From: Octopus vulgaris
Lineage: Eukaryota
Length of the DNA stretch: 64,000 nt
Direction: 5' to 3'
Assembly (NCBI GenBank): GCA_951406725.2
Contig: OX597833.1
Span: forward strand, 30,566,001 to 30,630,000
Within the stretch, counting starts at the first letter, position 1. The number at the start of each line of letters is the position of its first letter. Positions 1 to 14,067 of this stretch are shown here, in pieces. The notes below the pieces were generated by a model. It worked only from the letters and a program-made list of their open reading frames with translations, ran no database searches and was not told the origin of the DNA. The position numbers were made by a program, and so were the translations under genes.

Positions 1-302
1 AATTCTTAAACATTCATTCCAGTCACCACACATCCAGTTTTGATAACATAATTGAGGGTATCTCGATCCATATATCTGACCTCTCTTTCACTGAGGAAAT
101 ATTCAATAACCACGCACCATATTACAACCAAGCGCTTGCTGCCAGCGGCTTCTCCCGACAAATAAAATACATCCCTAATACTAGGCTCAAGCAACGACAC
201 ACCAACCATCAGAATTACAAGAGACACACATAGTATATTAGAACCCCAGGAGAACCTGCGTTAAGACAACCCAAACCCTACATACATGGTACACTGCACC
301 AC
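1..302 (+). mobile_element. Penelope-like element fragment (RT C-terminal region)
   Basis: Manual translation ...GISIHISDLSFTEEIFNNHAPYYNQALAASGF...WYTAP resembles the Penelope ISxLSSxEEIFxxAAPxYxxALxxSGY...WFNPP region; runs off the window edge. Confidence 0.65.
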
Positions 303-332
303 ATGCATGCATGTAGGGTTTGGGTTGTCTTA

Positions 333-2288
333 TGCAAGTTTCATATTCAGTTTCAAACGCTGGTAGCGCAGGGCTTGGAATTTTTTGGCATTGACCTGCA
401 TATTATTATCCTCAGCCCATCTGTAAATTGAGTCCAACTCCTGCAGCAGATGTGCAACATTGCTGGGGTTCTGCATTTTCTGCAAGACTTTCGTATCGTC
501 TGCATAGCTAGCAAGGGTCGCTATCTGGGCAGTTGAGGGCATATCTGAGAGGGCCACTATGAAAAGCAGTGGTCCCAAAACAGTGCCCTGTGGAACACCG
601 CTCACTATTTGTGTTTTCATTGAGGTGGCTCCATTGGCCATTATTGCCTAACTTCTATCGTTCAGAAAGTCATGTAACCACTCTCCAAGTTTTACAGCTA
701 TGCCAAGGTCACACAGTTTGTGGCATATCATACTATGATGCTCTTTGTCAAAAGCTTTTGCAAAATCAAGGTATATTACGTCCACATTTGAGTTGTTGAG
801 TAACTGCCTCAACACCCAGTCATAATGTTGTAAGAGCTGGGTCAGGCAGCTACTACCTGGTTGAAAGCCATGCTGGCTATCACTCAGCAAGTTATTTTCT
901 TCAAGGAATGTGATTAGTTTCCCTCTGCCTACCCGTTCCATGACTTTGCTGATGTGTGAAGTCAGAGAGATAGGCCTATAGTTTTTGGCATCTGCTCTAC
1001 TTCCCCCCTTTATGTATTGGGCATATTATTCCTCCCCTTCAGCTTGCTTGGCAGTCTGCCATTTTCAAGAAAGCTCCGGAAGAGAATCTGGAGGGATTTT
1101 GCCAGAGCATGCATACATGATTTGAGGAGGATTGCTGAGAAACCATCTGGACCAGCAGTTGAGTTTGTCTCCACCTATGGCTAGTAGTATATCTTCTTCG
1201 CTAACGTCGATGTATTCCATTGTAACTGCCTTGCTGGTTATAGGTGAGGTGGCAAAGAAATCCACTTGTTCGTTCACTTGTCTGTGATAAAGACACTTTT
1301 GAACTGGTCATTCAGTACCTCACTGATCCTGGTTGGGTTATCTGTGAGAGTGCTATCCTTTTGGAAGAGGGGTTCTATCTTGCAGCGTACTGAGGCTGTT
1401 TCTTTTGCATAATGAAAGAAGGCCTTTGAGCTTGACTTAATGTTTTTTATAACTCAGGCTTCTTTGTCTGCTCTTTTCCTCACATAGGATTGTAGCAAGC
1501 TGTTTTTGATCTCCATCAGTATTGTTTTCAGGTGGGACCTTTTGCTACTTTTGGGATGTTGGTTGAGGTGATTTGCAAACTTCATCCGTTGTCTCATGAG
1601 GATCTTCCTCTCCCTTGGAATCTTGTTCCTATTTGTTGTGGCCTTGTCCTCTGGGACATATTTCTGGCATATGACTTGCATAACAGACATGAAACATTCT
1701 AGTTTCATGTCAATGTCTGGTGTGGAGAGACATTTCGACCAGTCCTGTTTAATGATCTCTTTTTGGATCAATTTCCAGTCTGCTTTGTGGAAGTTTAGAT
1801 TGGAGAGATTTCGGGTGCTTCCTTTAGGCTGTTTGTCTCTGGCTACATTCAGCCCAAACATAGACAGCTCTATTATGTTATGATCCAAGACTAATGATGT
1901 TGATATTGTTCATTAAGCAGAGACCCAAAATGTTATTCGCCGTAGTTGGTCTGAGTACAACTTGCTCCATGAATAGGGCATTGGTGAGGTTGAGCAGGGA
2001 TTCCACCTGTGCTTGCTTGTAATAAGTCATTCATGAGAGCATGAGGCCTTTTGGCCATTTGACATTGGGGAAGTTAAAATCACCTATAAGAAATCTGCTC
2101 ATATGGTGTTCCAGTTGCATGAGGATTTCTTTATTTCTTGTGAGGCAATCTTCAAACTTGCTTATGTGGTTTGGAGCATCCGGTGGGCAATATGTATTGC
2201 ATATGACTATATTGTGCTGTCTTATGTATACAATTAGAGTGTCACATGCTGAATTTGAGTATGACAGTAAGACCAGGGGTGTGAGTTC
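333..2288 (-). mobile_element. Decayed CR1-like non-LTR retrotransposon (partial APE endonuclease + RT)
   Basis: ORF fragments with SGVPQGTVLGPLLFI, YADD, YLDFAKAFD, QHGF, DHNIIE and GDFNFP; many stops/frameshifts; truncated at both ends. Confidence 0.9.
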
Positions 2289-3760
2289 GAGGCCAAGAAC
2301 TACAGACCTATCTCTCTGACCTCACACATCAGCAAGGTCATGGAACGAATAGTCAGATGGAAACTAATCACCTTCCTTGAAGAAAATAACTTGCTGCCTA
2401 ACACACAACATGGATTCCGACCAGGAAAAAGCTGCTTAACTCAGCTCCTACAACACTATGACTAGGTGCTGAAATGACTGCTCAACCACTCAAATGTGGA
2501 AGTAATATATCTCGACTTTGCAAAGGCCTTTGATAAAGTTGATCATGGAATTCTATGTCACAAACTGCTTGATCTTGGCATAGTTGGAAAATTGGGAGAA
2601 TGGCTTCATGACTTTCTGAAGGATAGAAGTCAGGGGCCACTTCCATTAACACGCAAATAGTGAGTGGTGTTCCGCAAGGCACTGTTTTGGGACCACTACT
2701 GTTCATAATGGCCCTCTCAGACATGCCCTCAGCCACGCAGAGAGCCGCGGTCACAAGTTATGCAGATGATACAAAAGTTTCACAGGCAATACAGAACCCT
2801 GAAGACACTAAGCACCTGCAATGTGAGCTGGACAAAATATACAAGTGGGCTGAAAAGAATAGCATGCAGTTCAATGCTGGAAAGTTTCAAGCTTTATGCT
2901 ATCAGCATGCAAAACTAAATGCAATACCCAATAAATACACTGGACCTGGAGAGATTGCAATCCCAGAGGCACAATCAGTGCGAGACCTGGGTATTTACAT
3001 GAGTGATGATGCAACCTTTCATGTCCATGTTGCTAAATTGGCAATGAAATGTAGGCGGCTGACCGGATGGATTCTTAGAGCTTTTAGAACAAGAGACCAG
3101 GAAACCATGATGGTCCTCTGGAGGACACTTGTCCTAAGCCACCATTGCTCTCAGCTATGGTCATCAACCAGTGTCAAATTAATCACAGAACTTGAGGCGA
3201 TCCAACAAAGCTACACAAAGAAGATAGCCTCTGTGCAGCATATAAGCTATTGGGGAAGACTCAAGAGATTAAGACTCTATTCCTGAGAGCATAGGCGAGA
3301 AAGATATGCCATAATATACATCTGGAAGATCGTGGAAGGACTTGTCCCAAACTTTGGCATCGAGAGTTACACAAATGCTAGAACTGGGCACCACTGCATG
3401 GTGCCAAGGACTCCAAATTTGCCATCAAGATGTAGGACAAGATACTGTGATAGCCTGGGCTACAGAGGCCCATAGATCTTCAATATCCTCCCGAAGAACC
3501 TGAGAGACCTGCATGGGGTGGATGCAGATGTCTTTAAAATAAAACTGGATCTCTTCCTGTCAGGTGTCCCAGATGAACCAACTTCACGGCAGGAGGTGCA
3601 GATGAGGGCAGCTGCATCGAACTCTCTCATGCACCAAATGGCAGTTGCTAAAAAGCATTCATGAAGTAAAATCATGTAGCAACACCAAATGGCGGTGCCC
3701 GAGCATGGCCACAGCTCGTGAGCTGAAACTAGATAAAATAAAAAAATATAAAAAATAAAA
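2289..3760 (+). mobile_element. 5'-truncated CR1-like LINE, same family as 19564-23520
   Basis: Starts at NYRPISLTS; ORF 2660-3286 has GVPQGTVLGP and YADD; closely matches ~22052-23520; A-rich tail. Confidence 0.92.
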
Positions 3761-3762
3761 AT

Positions 3763-3794
<32 letters not shown>

Positions 3795-4226
3795 TCTATA
3801 TATCTATAATATATATGATAAATAACAAATAAAAGACAGAAGATGGAATATATGAGAATATATTATTAATCAGAATTATATTATTAATCAGAATTATTAT
3901 CCATTAATATATATGATATATATATAATATATATTATATATACATATATAATATTATATATATATATATATATATATAGATTCAGATGAATATGGTACTT
4001 AAGTTGAGGCACCAGAATTTAGTACGGTATCATCTATACAATTTCAAAGTAAGGTGATTATAATCAAAATAAACAACAAGGATATCCAGAGGTAATGCAG
4101 TACGATCGTTTCAAGCAACTCTATTTAATTGAACACTGCAGTCATTACATCAATTTAAATGCCGAGCAATCCGCAGGTGCATAAAGTCATAGAATTTAAT
4201 TCAATTAAAACAGATGGACACATTAC

Positions 4227-4632
4227 TCTTACTCTTTACTCTTTTACTTGTTTCAGTCATTTGACTGCGGCCATGCTGGAGCACCGCCTTTAGTCGAGCA
4301 AATCGACCCCGGGACTTATTCTTTGTAAGCCCAGTACTTATTCCATCGGTCTCTTTTGCCGAACCGCTAAGTGACGGGGACATAAACACACCAGCATCGG
4401 TTGTTAAGCAATGCTAGGGGGACAAACACAGACACACAAACACATACATATATATATATATATATATACGACAGGCTTCTTTCAGTTTCCGTCTACCAAA
4501 TTCACTCACAAGGCATTGGTCGGCCCAGGGCTATAGCAGAAGACACTTGCCCAAGATGCCACGCAGTGGGACTGAACCCGGAACCATGTGGTTGGTTAGC
4601 AAGCTACTTACCACACAGCCACTCCTGCGCCT
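4227..4632 (-). mobile_element. tRNA-derived SINE (family 1), full length
   Basis: Minus strand begins AGGCGCAGGAGTGGCTGTGTGGTAAG (A box) ... GGTTCAGTCCC (B box); internal TA/CA microsatellite; other copies at 8335, 18631 and 52782/54665. Confidence 0.88.
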
Positions 4633-4659
4633 GTATAATTTTATCTAAAACCTAGTATA

Positions 4660-7600
4660 ATTTTACCTAAAATCTCCAAGAAGGTAAGGAGATAGACAAA
4701 GAACATGCTGCCTTCACTTAGCGTAGTAGCTTCTAAAAATTAAAATCTTCAACAGCAGTGACAAGAATCACGACAACAACATCAATAATTACAACAACAA
4801 CAACCATCTCAAAAATATCAACAGACACAGCTTCAACCTACTATCATCCCATTTGAGATCAACCAACTAAATGCTTACTTGAAGTCCCTTTAATCAATTT
4901 GCCAAACACAAATGTACACAAATTAAAATCTATGCCTCCCACAGCCTACACATGAAACCTCAAAATATGCCGCTATTCACTACGCAGTAGGCTGTGCACT
5001 GACATCGATGGCAATTTCACTCATTTACCAGGGACTAGGCGCTCAATTCCTACTCACAACAGCCATTACCATCAAAGTACACAATCAAAAACAATGCCAC
5101 TACCACCATTTCCATCACCCTCACCAAACACTAAATCAAATTTGAAATAAACCACTCATGCTATTCCCAGCATAACAGATTATGTCAACAGTATAATTGT
5201 CCATTTACCCATCTCTCAGGGACTTGTTGCACAAATAAAAATATAAACGGGACCTCTAACCAATGCAAAACCCACAACCACAAACATTTCCAGTTCTCCA
5301 ATCAGAATTCATTTTAGCCATAATGAATCTGGCAAAAGAGCTACAAAAGAACATTCTAGCCATCACACAAGGCCACCTCCACCACCACCCTATCACACAA
5401 ACTCCCATTGATGCCATTAACAAGCAAATCACCAAAACAGTCAAAATCAGTCACCACTATCGCCTCAACATTTTTGCTCAATGCACAAGGCATCAGCCCT
5501 TCCACCAATGCCCCAAAATGGAAGATCCAATTTATTGAGGACTGGGTTAATAACCATCCACACCATATCCCTTTTTTTGTCCTCATTGAGACCCATCTCA
5601 ATAACCTCCACTTGGAAGCTGAGGTGAGAGTGAAGAATTTTACAGCCATCTGTGCAGATCGTGTTGGCAGAAGAAAGGATGGCACTGCCATTTTCGTGCA
5701 CAATTCTGTTTTTTGCTGAAGCAATAGACGTAGTTACCAATGGCTACTGTGAAGCAGCTTTTGTGTTTAGTAAAACCAACAATTTAATAATAGTTGGGCT
5801 CTATAGGCCACCCTAACTCCTTTTCTATGCTTAAGGAATGCCTCAATAGAATTAAGTGTTTCATCCATCAGTATCATGCTGACAACATATTAATGATGGG
5901 GGACTTCAACCTTCCCAGTGTTGATTGGTCCACAAACAGCTTGAAACCAGGATTTTTCACCTCAACCCCTAATAAGGAAGCAATCGAATTGATTTTTCAT
6001 TTCATGGATGAGTTTTCTTAACACAACTTGTTCGTGAACCAACAAGGTGTCACAAAACACCTTGGGCCTAGTGTTCAGTAACCACACTGACACTATTCTC
6101 AATATTGCAGTGAAAAAAACACCACTACCCTCAGACCATGGCATGGTTCTCTGCAACCTGAGATTCTACCACCCAAAGATCAAATCCAGTGACATTTCTC
6201 CAGTCCATCCATTTGACTTTATGGATCTTCATAACGCAAACTGGGATGCAATCAATCATGATCTTTCACAAGTTGATAGGGCCTTCACACACACACACAC
6301 ACCCTCCAACATAAACACATTGTGGCAGACATTTGTAGATACTGTGACAATTATATACACAAAACATACACAATTAAGATCAGTATACAAATCTAAGTGC
6401 AGAATTTCTAGAAATAAAAGAGCAATTATAAGGAAAATAAAAGAATTAACAAGAAAATCAACCAACTTAAATACTTCCAGCAGCAACGCACCCATTCGAC
6501 TGCCATTGCATGATGACCATCATTAACAGTCAGAGAGCAGCTGAGGAGAGTTGGGCTATTGAGAAAATAAATCTCAATCCAAAAATGTTCTTTTCATTTG
6601 CGAAAAAACATAAAGACACTGTTTCCACTGTTGGTCCTCTGGTTGATGCGAACAACACTCTACATGATGATGCAAAATCCATGTGCGAGATACTGCAGAG
6701 ACAATACTGCTCTGTCTGCAGTAACCCTAATGTGGTTGACCAGTGATGTAAACCCTCAACTAACCATATCTGACATAACTTTTGGTGCTTCTGATATCCT
6801 AACAGAAATAGATAAGATCAAGCACAACTCGGCAGTAGGTCCCGATAAGTTCATGGCCACTGTCTTGAAGATGTGTCGACATCAAATTGCACCCCCTCTA
6901 GCTGAGCTCTAGAGAAAGTCACTTGATGCAGGCTACATTCCTGATTATTTTCTTTCCCAGTCTGTCATTCCAGTCTTCAAGAAGGAAAATAAACCTCTTG
7001 CAGTGAACTACTGTCTGATTTCACTCACTTCTCATATCATTAAAGTATTTGAGAGGGTGGTGAGATCGCGAATAACTCACTTCCTCAAAGACAACAATCT
7101 GCTGAATCCCAACCAGCATGGTTTCCGTGATGGCAGGGACTGCTTGTTGCAGCTTCTGCACCATTTTGATGATGTCTTAAAAGCATTGGGAGAGGGTTCC
7201 AACACTGATGTCACATACCTTGATTTCAGCAAGGCATTTGACAGAGTGGACCACAAAATCCTGCTGAAGGAACTGTCCAACATTGGAGTCCATAGAAAGC
7301 TGCTTTAGTTGATAAAGTGTTTCCTGACGAACAGAACTCAACATGTTGTGTTTGAGGGAATACAATCCAGCTCAGCCAAAGTCAGTAGTGGTGTCCCACA
7401 AGGTACTGTGTTGGGTCCACTCCTCTTCATTATTTATATCAATGACATAGTGGATGTCATCAAACATTCTATATTGAAAATCTTTGTGGATGATTCCAAA
7501 CTCTAGAAAGCCATAAACAGCATGAGAGACTGAACATGCCTTCAGTTAGATCGGTTTGCTATTGTCCAATGGGCAGAAAAAAACAATATGCTTTTAAATG

Positions 7601-8310
7601 AAGATAAGTTTGATTTGATCCACTTTGGGAAAGAGGAAACTGAAATTACCATATGCTCTTCTCTCGGGCGACTCCCTAGTGTCATCCAACAACACCAGAG
7701 CTCTTGGAGTAATTGTTGATAACAATCTAAGCTGGAGTTCCCACGTAAACAGCAAGGTTGACTTGGCCCACAAGATGTGTTCCTGGATTCTGAGAACTTT
7801 CTGGTCTAGAGATACCTACACCATCATCCTTCTCTGTTCTACTTTTGCCTGACCCCACCTTGAGTACAGTTGCCCACTGTGGTCCCCCCATACGAAGCAA
7901 CTCATTATGAAAGTAGAAGCACTCCAGAGGTCAATGACAAGAAAGGCAGACAGCATGAGAGGCATTGATTATTGGGGTTGACTAAAAAAAAATCTCTATT
8001 CTCTCCAATGCTGCCAGGAGTGCTACATCATTTGTGTTATGTGGAAAATATTCCATCAATATTGCACAAAAGATGTTGGTAGTAATTTTAAAATCCATCT
8101 AAGACTTGGCCCCCATGCTATCCGCCCACTACAAAATTGAACTCAGTACACATAGCAACACTACATCACAATTATTTTACCTCAACCAGTCCAGCTCTCT
8201 TTAATACCATACCATACCAAAATACGTCAAAACGGACACAGATCCCATAAAATTCAAATGTTCACTGGACAAATTTCTTCAAAAAATCCCGGACCAACCT
8301 CCTACACCCA
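4660..8310 (+). mobile_element. Decayed CR1-like LINE, second family (ORF1 remnant, APE endonuclease, RT)
   Basis: ETHL, MGDFNLPSVDW and SDH (EN); NQHGFR, YLDFSKAFDRVDH, GVPQGTVLGPLLF and FVDD (RT); upstream CRYSLR..C..H zinc-finger remnant near 4965; 5' boundary uncertain. Confidence 0.88.
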
Positions 8311-8334
8311 GATATATACCTATATATATATGGT

Positions 8335-8530
8335 AGGCGTGGGTATGGCTGTGTGGTTAGGGAGCTTGCTTCCTAACTACATGGTTTCGGGTTCAGTCCC
8401 ATTGTGTGGCACTTTGGGTAGGTGTCTTCTGCTATGGCCCCAAGCTGACCGAAGCTTTGTGATTGAATTCGGTAGGCGGAAGTTACTGCTGTGTGTGTAT
8501 ATGATCGTGTAGGTGCTTGTGCCTCTCCGA
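8335..8530 (+). mobile_element. SINE family 1, 5' part
   Basis: TGGCTGTGTGG A box, GGTTCAGTCCC B box, and GGCACTTTGGGTAGGTGTCTTCTGCTAT as in the other copies. Confidence 0.8.
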
Positions 8531-8689
8531 AAGAGAGAGAGGGGATATATATATATACACACACACACACACGCACACGCATACATATATGTATATATAT
8601 CTATATATACATACATATATATATAAATAGACATACATACCTATATATATACTCACCTGTGGATGGTGCAAAGTCCCCTCTCAATCCAA

Positions 8690-11038
8690 GGTAATGTGAT
8701 TGTGGAACAATGTAGTTGACAAGGTCATTAGGGAAAAGAAACAGGCATGGAATGACTGGAAGAATGGTGGTAGCTGGGAATTGTATTAGATTCCCAGAAG
8801 GGAAGCTAGGAGACAGTTTTACTTAGCCAGATGGGAAGCAGATAAGGAAAATGTTGCCAATGTTCTGTGCTGTGAGGATAAAAGACTTGAAGTGTTCTGT
8901 GTTGCAGGAAAGTGTGTGAGAGAGAATTGTGATGTCATAGGAGAGAAATGTTTCTGCATGGAGGATGGCTCACTTGCATTTAATGAGGCTGCAAGGAGAG
9001 AGACTTGGAGACTTGAAATGTTGCTAAATGAAGAGAATGAATGTAAGAAAGAGAGTCTGCCGAATGTCGATCCAACAGAGGGACCAGCTATCCGAATTGA
9101 TAGTACCTTGGTAGATAAAGCAATTAAGGGTATGAAGATGGGGAAAGCCCCAGGCGCATCAGGAATCACCACATATCTGGCAATGCCTGCTATACTCTAG
9201 TCACCAATATAGTCAATCTGGTGATACATGAAGGAGTCATACCCAATGACTAGTGTAGCAGCACCATAGTCAACTGCTACAAAGTAAAGGTGATGCATTA
9301 GATACGAATAATTACAGAGTTATCAAGGTGTCGGATCAGGTAATGAAAGTCACAGAGCAGGTCATAGTCCAACTAACTAGAGAGAGAGTTAGTTTAGATG
9401 AGATGCAGTTTGGGTTTATGCCACTGATGCTATATTTCTGGCATGACAGCTGCAGGAGAAATACCTAGCTAAAGATAGTCTTCTATACCTGGCTTTTGTT
9501 GACATGGAGAAAGCTTTTGACAGGGTCCCCTGATCCCTTATCTGGTGGTCAATGGGATTAGTGAGATCTGTACAAGCCATGTACAGGGATGCAGTCAGTA
9601 AGGTGAGGGTTGGCAATGAGTATAGTGAAAAATTCCGGGTTGGAGTAGGGGTGCACCAAGGATCGGTCCTCAGCCTCCCCTTATTCATTATTGTACTCCA
9701 GGCAATAACAGAGGAATTCAAGACGGTATGCCCCTGGTTGCTTCTCCATGCTGATGACCTTGCTCTAATAGCTGAGTCACTATCAGAACTAGAGGAGAAG
9801 TTTCAGGTGTGGAAACAAGGATTAGAATCAAAGGGCTATAGATCTATCAAAAACCAAAGTAGGAAGGCAGACAAATCACAAATCCCTTCAGATAGATGGC
9901 CCTGTTCAATCTGTAGAAGAGGCATAGGTAGAAACTCCATAAGATGTACCCAGTGTAAGCTATGGACACATAAGAGGTGCAGCAATATCAAAGGAAGGCT
10001 AACTGGGAAGATAGTTTTTGTGTGTAGCAAATGCTCAGGGGCAATAAACACTGAAAATGTGCATAAAACAGCTTCCATCACATGACAAGTGGAAAACTTG
10101 GGAGTAATTGATAGCTTCCATTACCTAGGCGACCAAGTCAGTAGCTGGGGTGGATGCTTTGAGAGTGTAGCTGCTAGAATAAGAATAGCCTAGGCAAAGT
10201 TCAGAGAGCTCCTATCTCTACTGGTGCCAAAAGGCCTCTTGCTCAGAGTAAAAGGTACACTGTATGACACATGTGTGCAAGCAACCATGCTACATGGCAG
10301 TGAAACATGGCCATGACTGCTGAGGATGTGCATAAGCTTGCTAGTAAGCTCCACTGGATGTGTGAGTACCTTGAGGTGATGTGCAAGAGAGACGACTGCA
10401 CTGGTATGGTCATGTGTTGCATATGGATGAGGACAGCTGTGTGAAAAAGTGTCACACTCTAGCAGTAGAGGGAACCTGTGGAAGAGGTAGATCCAGGAAG
10501 ACCTGGGATGAGGTGGTGAAGCACAATTTCCGAATGTTGGGCCTCATGGAGGTGATGACAAGTGACTGAGATCTTTGGAGATATGCTAGGCTTGAGAAGT
10601 CCCGGCAGCCAAATGAGACCGTAACCATGGCCGAAGCCATCATTCATTGGGCAATAAGCTGTGCTTGCAAAAACCTGTAGAGTCAAGTGAAGTCGTTGTC
10701 ATGGCCAATGCCAGTACTGACTGACTGGTACATGTGCTGGTGGCACATAAAAAGCACTGTTTGAGCATGGTTGATGCCAGTGCTGCCTGACTTGTCCTGT
10801 ACTGGTGGCATGCAAAAGGCGCCATTCAATTATGGCTGTTGCTACGTTAGTGGCATGTAAAAAGCACCATTGAAGCGTGATTGATGCCAGTACCATGTGA
10901 CTGGCACGTAAAAAGCAGCTACTACAGTCTTGAAGTGGTTAGCATTAGGAAGGGCATCAAGCTCTAGAAACTTTGCCAGATCAGGTTGGAGCCAGGTACA
11001 GCCTTCTGGCTCACCAGTCCTCATTCAAACTTTCCAAC

Positions 11039-11040
<2 letters not shown>
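8690..11040 (+). mobile_element. 5'-truncated RTE-clade LINE with Cys/His-rich insert after the RT core and a tandemly repeated 3' UTR
   Basis: GKAPG, FVDMEKAFDRVP, GVHQGSVLS, LLHADDLAL, RRLHWYGHV and GRSRKTW motifs; 3' UTR has four TGGCA(C/T)(G/A)TAAAAAGCAC-like units at ~10740-10920. Confidence 0.9.
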
Positions 11041-11084
<44 letters not shown>

Positions 11085-11289
11085 TGCAAGAGAGGCTGTG
11101 TGATATATGTACATGTGTGTGTATATACAGAAATAAAAAATATGGTAAATTATAAAAAATAAGGTTGAAAGGGGATAAAGAAGTTAATACAATATAAAAT
11201 GGTGCAATTAAGAAAGGAAAAAATGAAAAATGAAATAAGGTTGCTTTGTTGCAGGAGGTTGTAGAGACAGTCAAGAAGAGGAGGGGATT

Positions 11290-13170
11290 GTGTTTAGTCT
11301 GAAGGGGATAGTTGTTCGTAGATTAAAAATATAATGCTGTTCGAGGCGGAGTTGCGTGTGTTGGATCCATGGTGTAGAGTTAGGTCAAAGATGGAGATGT
11401 TAGAGGGGGAGTAGTTGGCCAAGCAGAGGTGACGGGCAATAGGGTGTTCAGATGTAACCAAACATCCCTTAGATGTTCAACGAACCGGTTGGGCAGTCGG
11501 CGGCCCATCTAACCTACATATAGTTTGCCACAGAAGTTGTATCTAATACAGTATATAAGGCTAGAAGAGGTGCAAGAGAAGGAATTTGTGATGCGAAGAG
11601 TGTGGTGATTGGAACCAGTGAGAGAGGTAGTGTTGGTGATGAAGAACAGGTGTGGCAGCGGGATCTGGAGCATGGGAAGGATCCATGTGGGGCTGGAGGG
11701 AAAGAGGAGGTGCTATGGACCAGAAGATCGTATAAATTCTGGGTGCGTTTAAAGGAGGACAAGGGTGGGTAGGGGAAAATGGGGCAGGTGGTGAGATTGA
11801 GCTGGAGATGATGGAAAGCCTACATGATCGTCCAACGAAGGGGTAGGATGGAGGAGTGGAAAAGGAGGAGAAAGGGGATGCGGATAGGGGGTTGGTGTGG
11901 GGAAGGAGAGCGGGCGGTGGTGCAATTGATTTGACGAGTGAGGGCAAGGGCGGTTTGGACAAGGGTTGAGGGGTATCCTCGATGTATGAACAGGTGGGCA
12001 AGGTGCTGGGACTGGGTCTCAAAATCCTGGTCCCGGCTGCACAGCATCGGAGGTGGAGGAACTGGGAGTAGGGGATGGCCCAATTGTTGTGGAAGGGATG
12101 GGAGGAGAAGAAGTTAAGCTATAGGTGTGGATCTATGGGTTTGAAGAAGGTGTAGGTGATGAAAGAGTGGGAGGGGTGGTCAATGGTAAGTTAACCAAAG
12201 TGTTAGAGATAGAAGTGAATTGGAGAGAAGGGTGGAAGTTAGAGAGGAAAGAGATAAAGTGGCAGAGTTGTTCACGGAAGAGGGAGGTGGCACCTATACA
12301 GTCAGCTATGTAGCAACTGTATAGCTCTGGGGTCGACCCGGAGAATTGGGAGAATGCTTAGGCCTCAATGTGACCAACAAATAAGTTGGCGAAATTGGGG
12401 CCCATTCTCAATCCCATCACGACTGTTGGTAGGTTTCCCTGGCGAATGTAAAGCAGTTGAGGGTGAAGACAAGCTCTGCCAGGCGAAGAAGGGTAGAGGT
12501 GCTGGGTGTAGAGTCAGGGTGATGGTTGAGGAAGTTTCAGAGGCCTAAGAGACCATCGTTGTGGGGAATCACTGTGTATAGGGATTTGATGGCCAAGGTG
12601 AAGAGGAGGTGTGAAGGCTGGGAGAGAAGGAAAAGGAATTGAAGAAGCGAAGGGCATGATTAGTGTCATGTATGTGAGATGAGAGGGCAGCAGCTAAAGG
12701 GGACAGGATGCAGTTCGGTGGGGCAATTACAGGCAGAAACAATAGGGTGGCCAGGGTTGTTGGGTTTATGTATTTTGGGAAGGAAATAGATGGGGTGGAG
12801 GTACAGGGTGTTTGGATAATGAAGTTGGTGGTGGTGGGGGGGAGCAGAAGAGGAGACGAGGTCCTGGATGGTGGAGGACACTCGCTGTTGGTAGGAGGAG
12901 GTGGGGTCGGAGGGGAGGAGGCGATAAAAGAGGGGATTTTGAAGTTGGCTGAGCGCTTCCTCTCTGTATAGGTCTGTGCACCACACCACCACTGCTCCAC
13001 CTTTGTCTGCCAGTTTTATGATGATGTCATCATGGCAACAGAGGTTGCAAAGAGCGATTGATTCAGCAATGGTGAGGTTGGCTCAGAGGGATCTTTTTTT
13101 GAAATTGAATTGGTCAACCAATGCATTGCTATCGTGCACGTATAAGTCTAGGCTACTGAATTGGCCTGGA
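11290..13170 (-). mobile_element. Decayed Penelope-like element (RT + GIY-YIG endonuclease)
   Basis: ADKGGAVVVW, YFLPKIHKPNNPGHPIVS, CSRSRCHTC, YC...LYVG...RFVEH and C-terminal LEQHYIFNLRTTIPFRLN. Confidence 0.88.
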
Positions 13171-13196
13171 GGCGGCGTATATATATATATATATAT

Positions 13197-14005
13197 ACTA
13201 GAAGACAAACCCGGCCTTGCTCGGGATTAAAATAGTTTATTATTGTTTTACTTGTTTCGGTATTATAACCCGGTTTCATTCAGGTCTACGTGGGCCACAT
13301 TTTAAAAGAAGAAGAATGTTGCTCTGGAGGCCACGTGTTTCAAATGAGCAAACTCAAAATTGCTATGCAAACTTGCCAGCACTTTTAACACAGGTGTGCA
13401 AATTTTCAGCTCAATCAGACGACATATGCACACATTATATATATATACATACACATTAAATATATATGCACATATATACGCATTATATACATACACATGT
13501 ATATATACGCATTATGTATACATATGTATACACATTATATATATATACACACACATATATATTCAAATATCGATATATACACTTTATATATTTATACACA
13601 CATTATATAATATATATATAAATTAGTGGAGGCGCAATGGCCCAGTGGTTAGGGCAGCGGACTCGCGGTTTCGATTCCCAGACCGGGCGTTGTGAGTGTT
13701 TATTGAGCGAAAACACCTAAAACTCCACGAGGCTCCGGCAGGGGATGGTGGTAATCCCTGCTATACTCTTTCACCACAACTTTCTCTCACTCTTACTTCC
13801 TGTTTCTGTTGTACCTGTATTTCAAAGGGCCGGCCTTGTCACTCTCTGTGTCACGCTGAATATCCCCGAGAGCTACGTTAAGGGTACACGTGTCTGTGGA
13901 GTGCTCAGCCTCTTACACGTTAATTTCATGAGCAGGCTGTTCCGTTGATTCGGATCAACCGGGACCCTCGTCGTCGTAACTGACGGAGTGCTTCCATCCA
14001 TATAT

Positions 14006-14067
<62 letters not shown>

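Noticed and set aside
333-3760. Head-to-head CR1 segments as a twin-priming 5' inversion of one element
   Set aside because: The two halves overlap by several hundred bases of RT and are clearly diverged subfamilies, so they are independent insertions.
4090-4225. Hammerhead-like GAAACGATCGTA on the minus strand
   Set aside because: No acceptable CUGANGA box with matching stem I; the region is cut by a SINE.
13627-13690. tRNA gene
   Set aside because: A/B boxes are present, but the anticodon arm is deleted and a SINE body follows.
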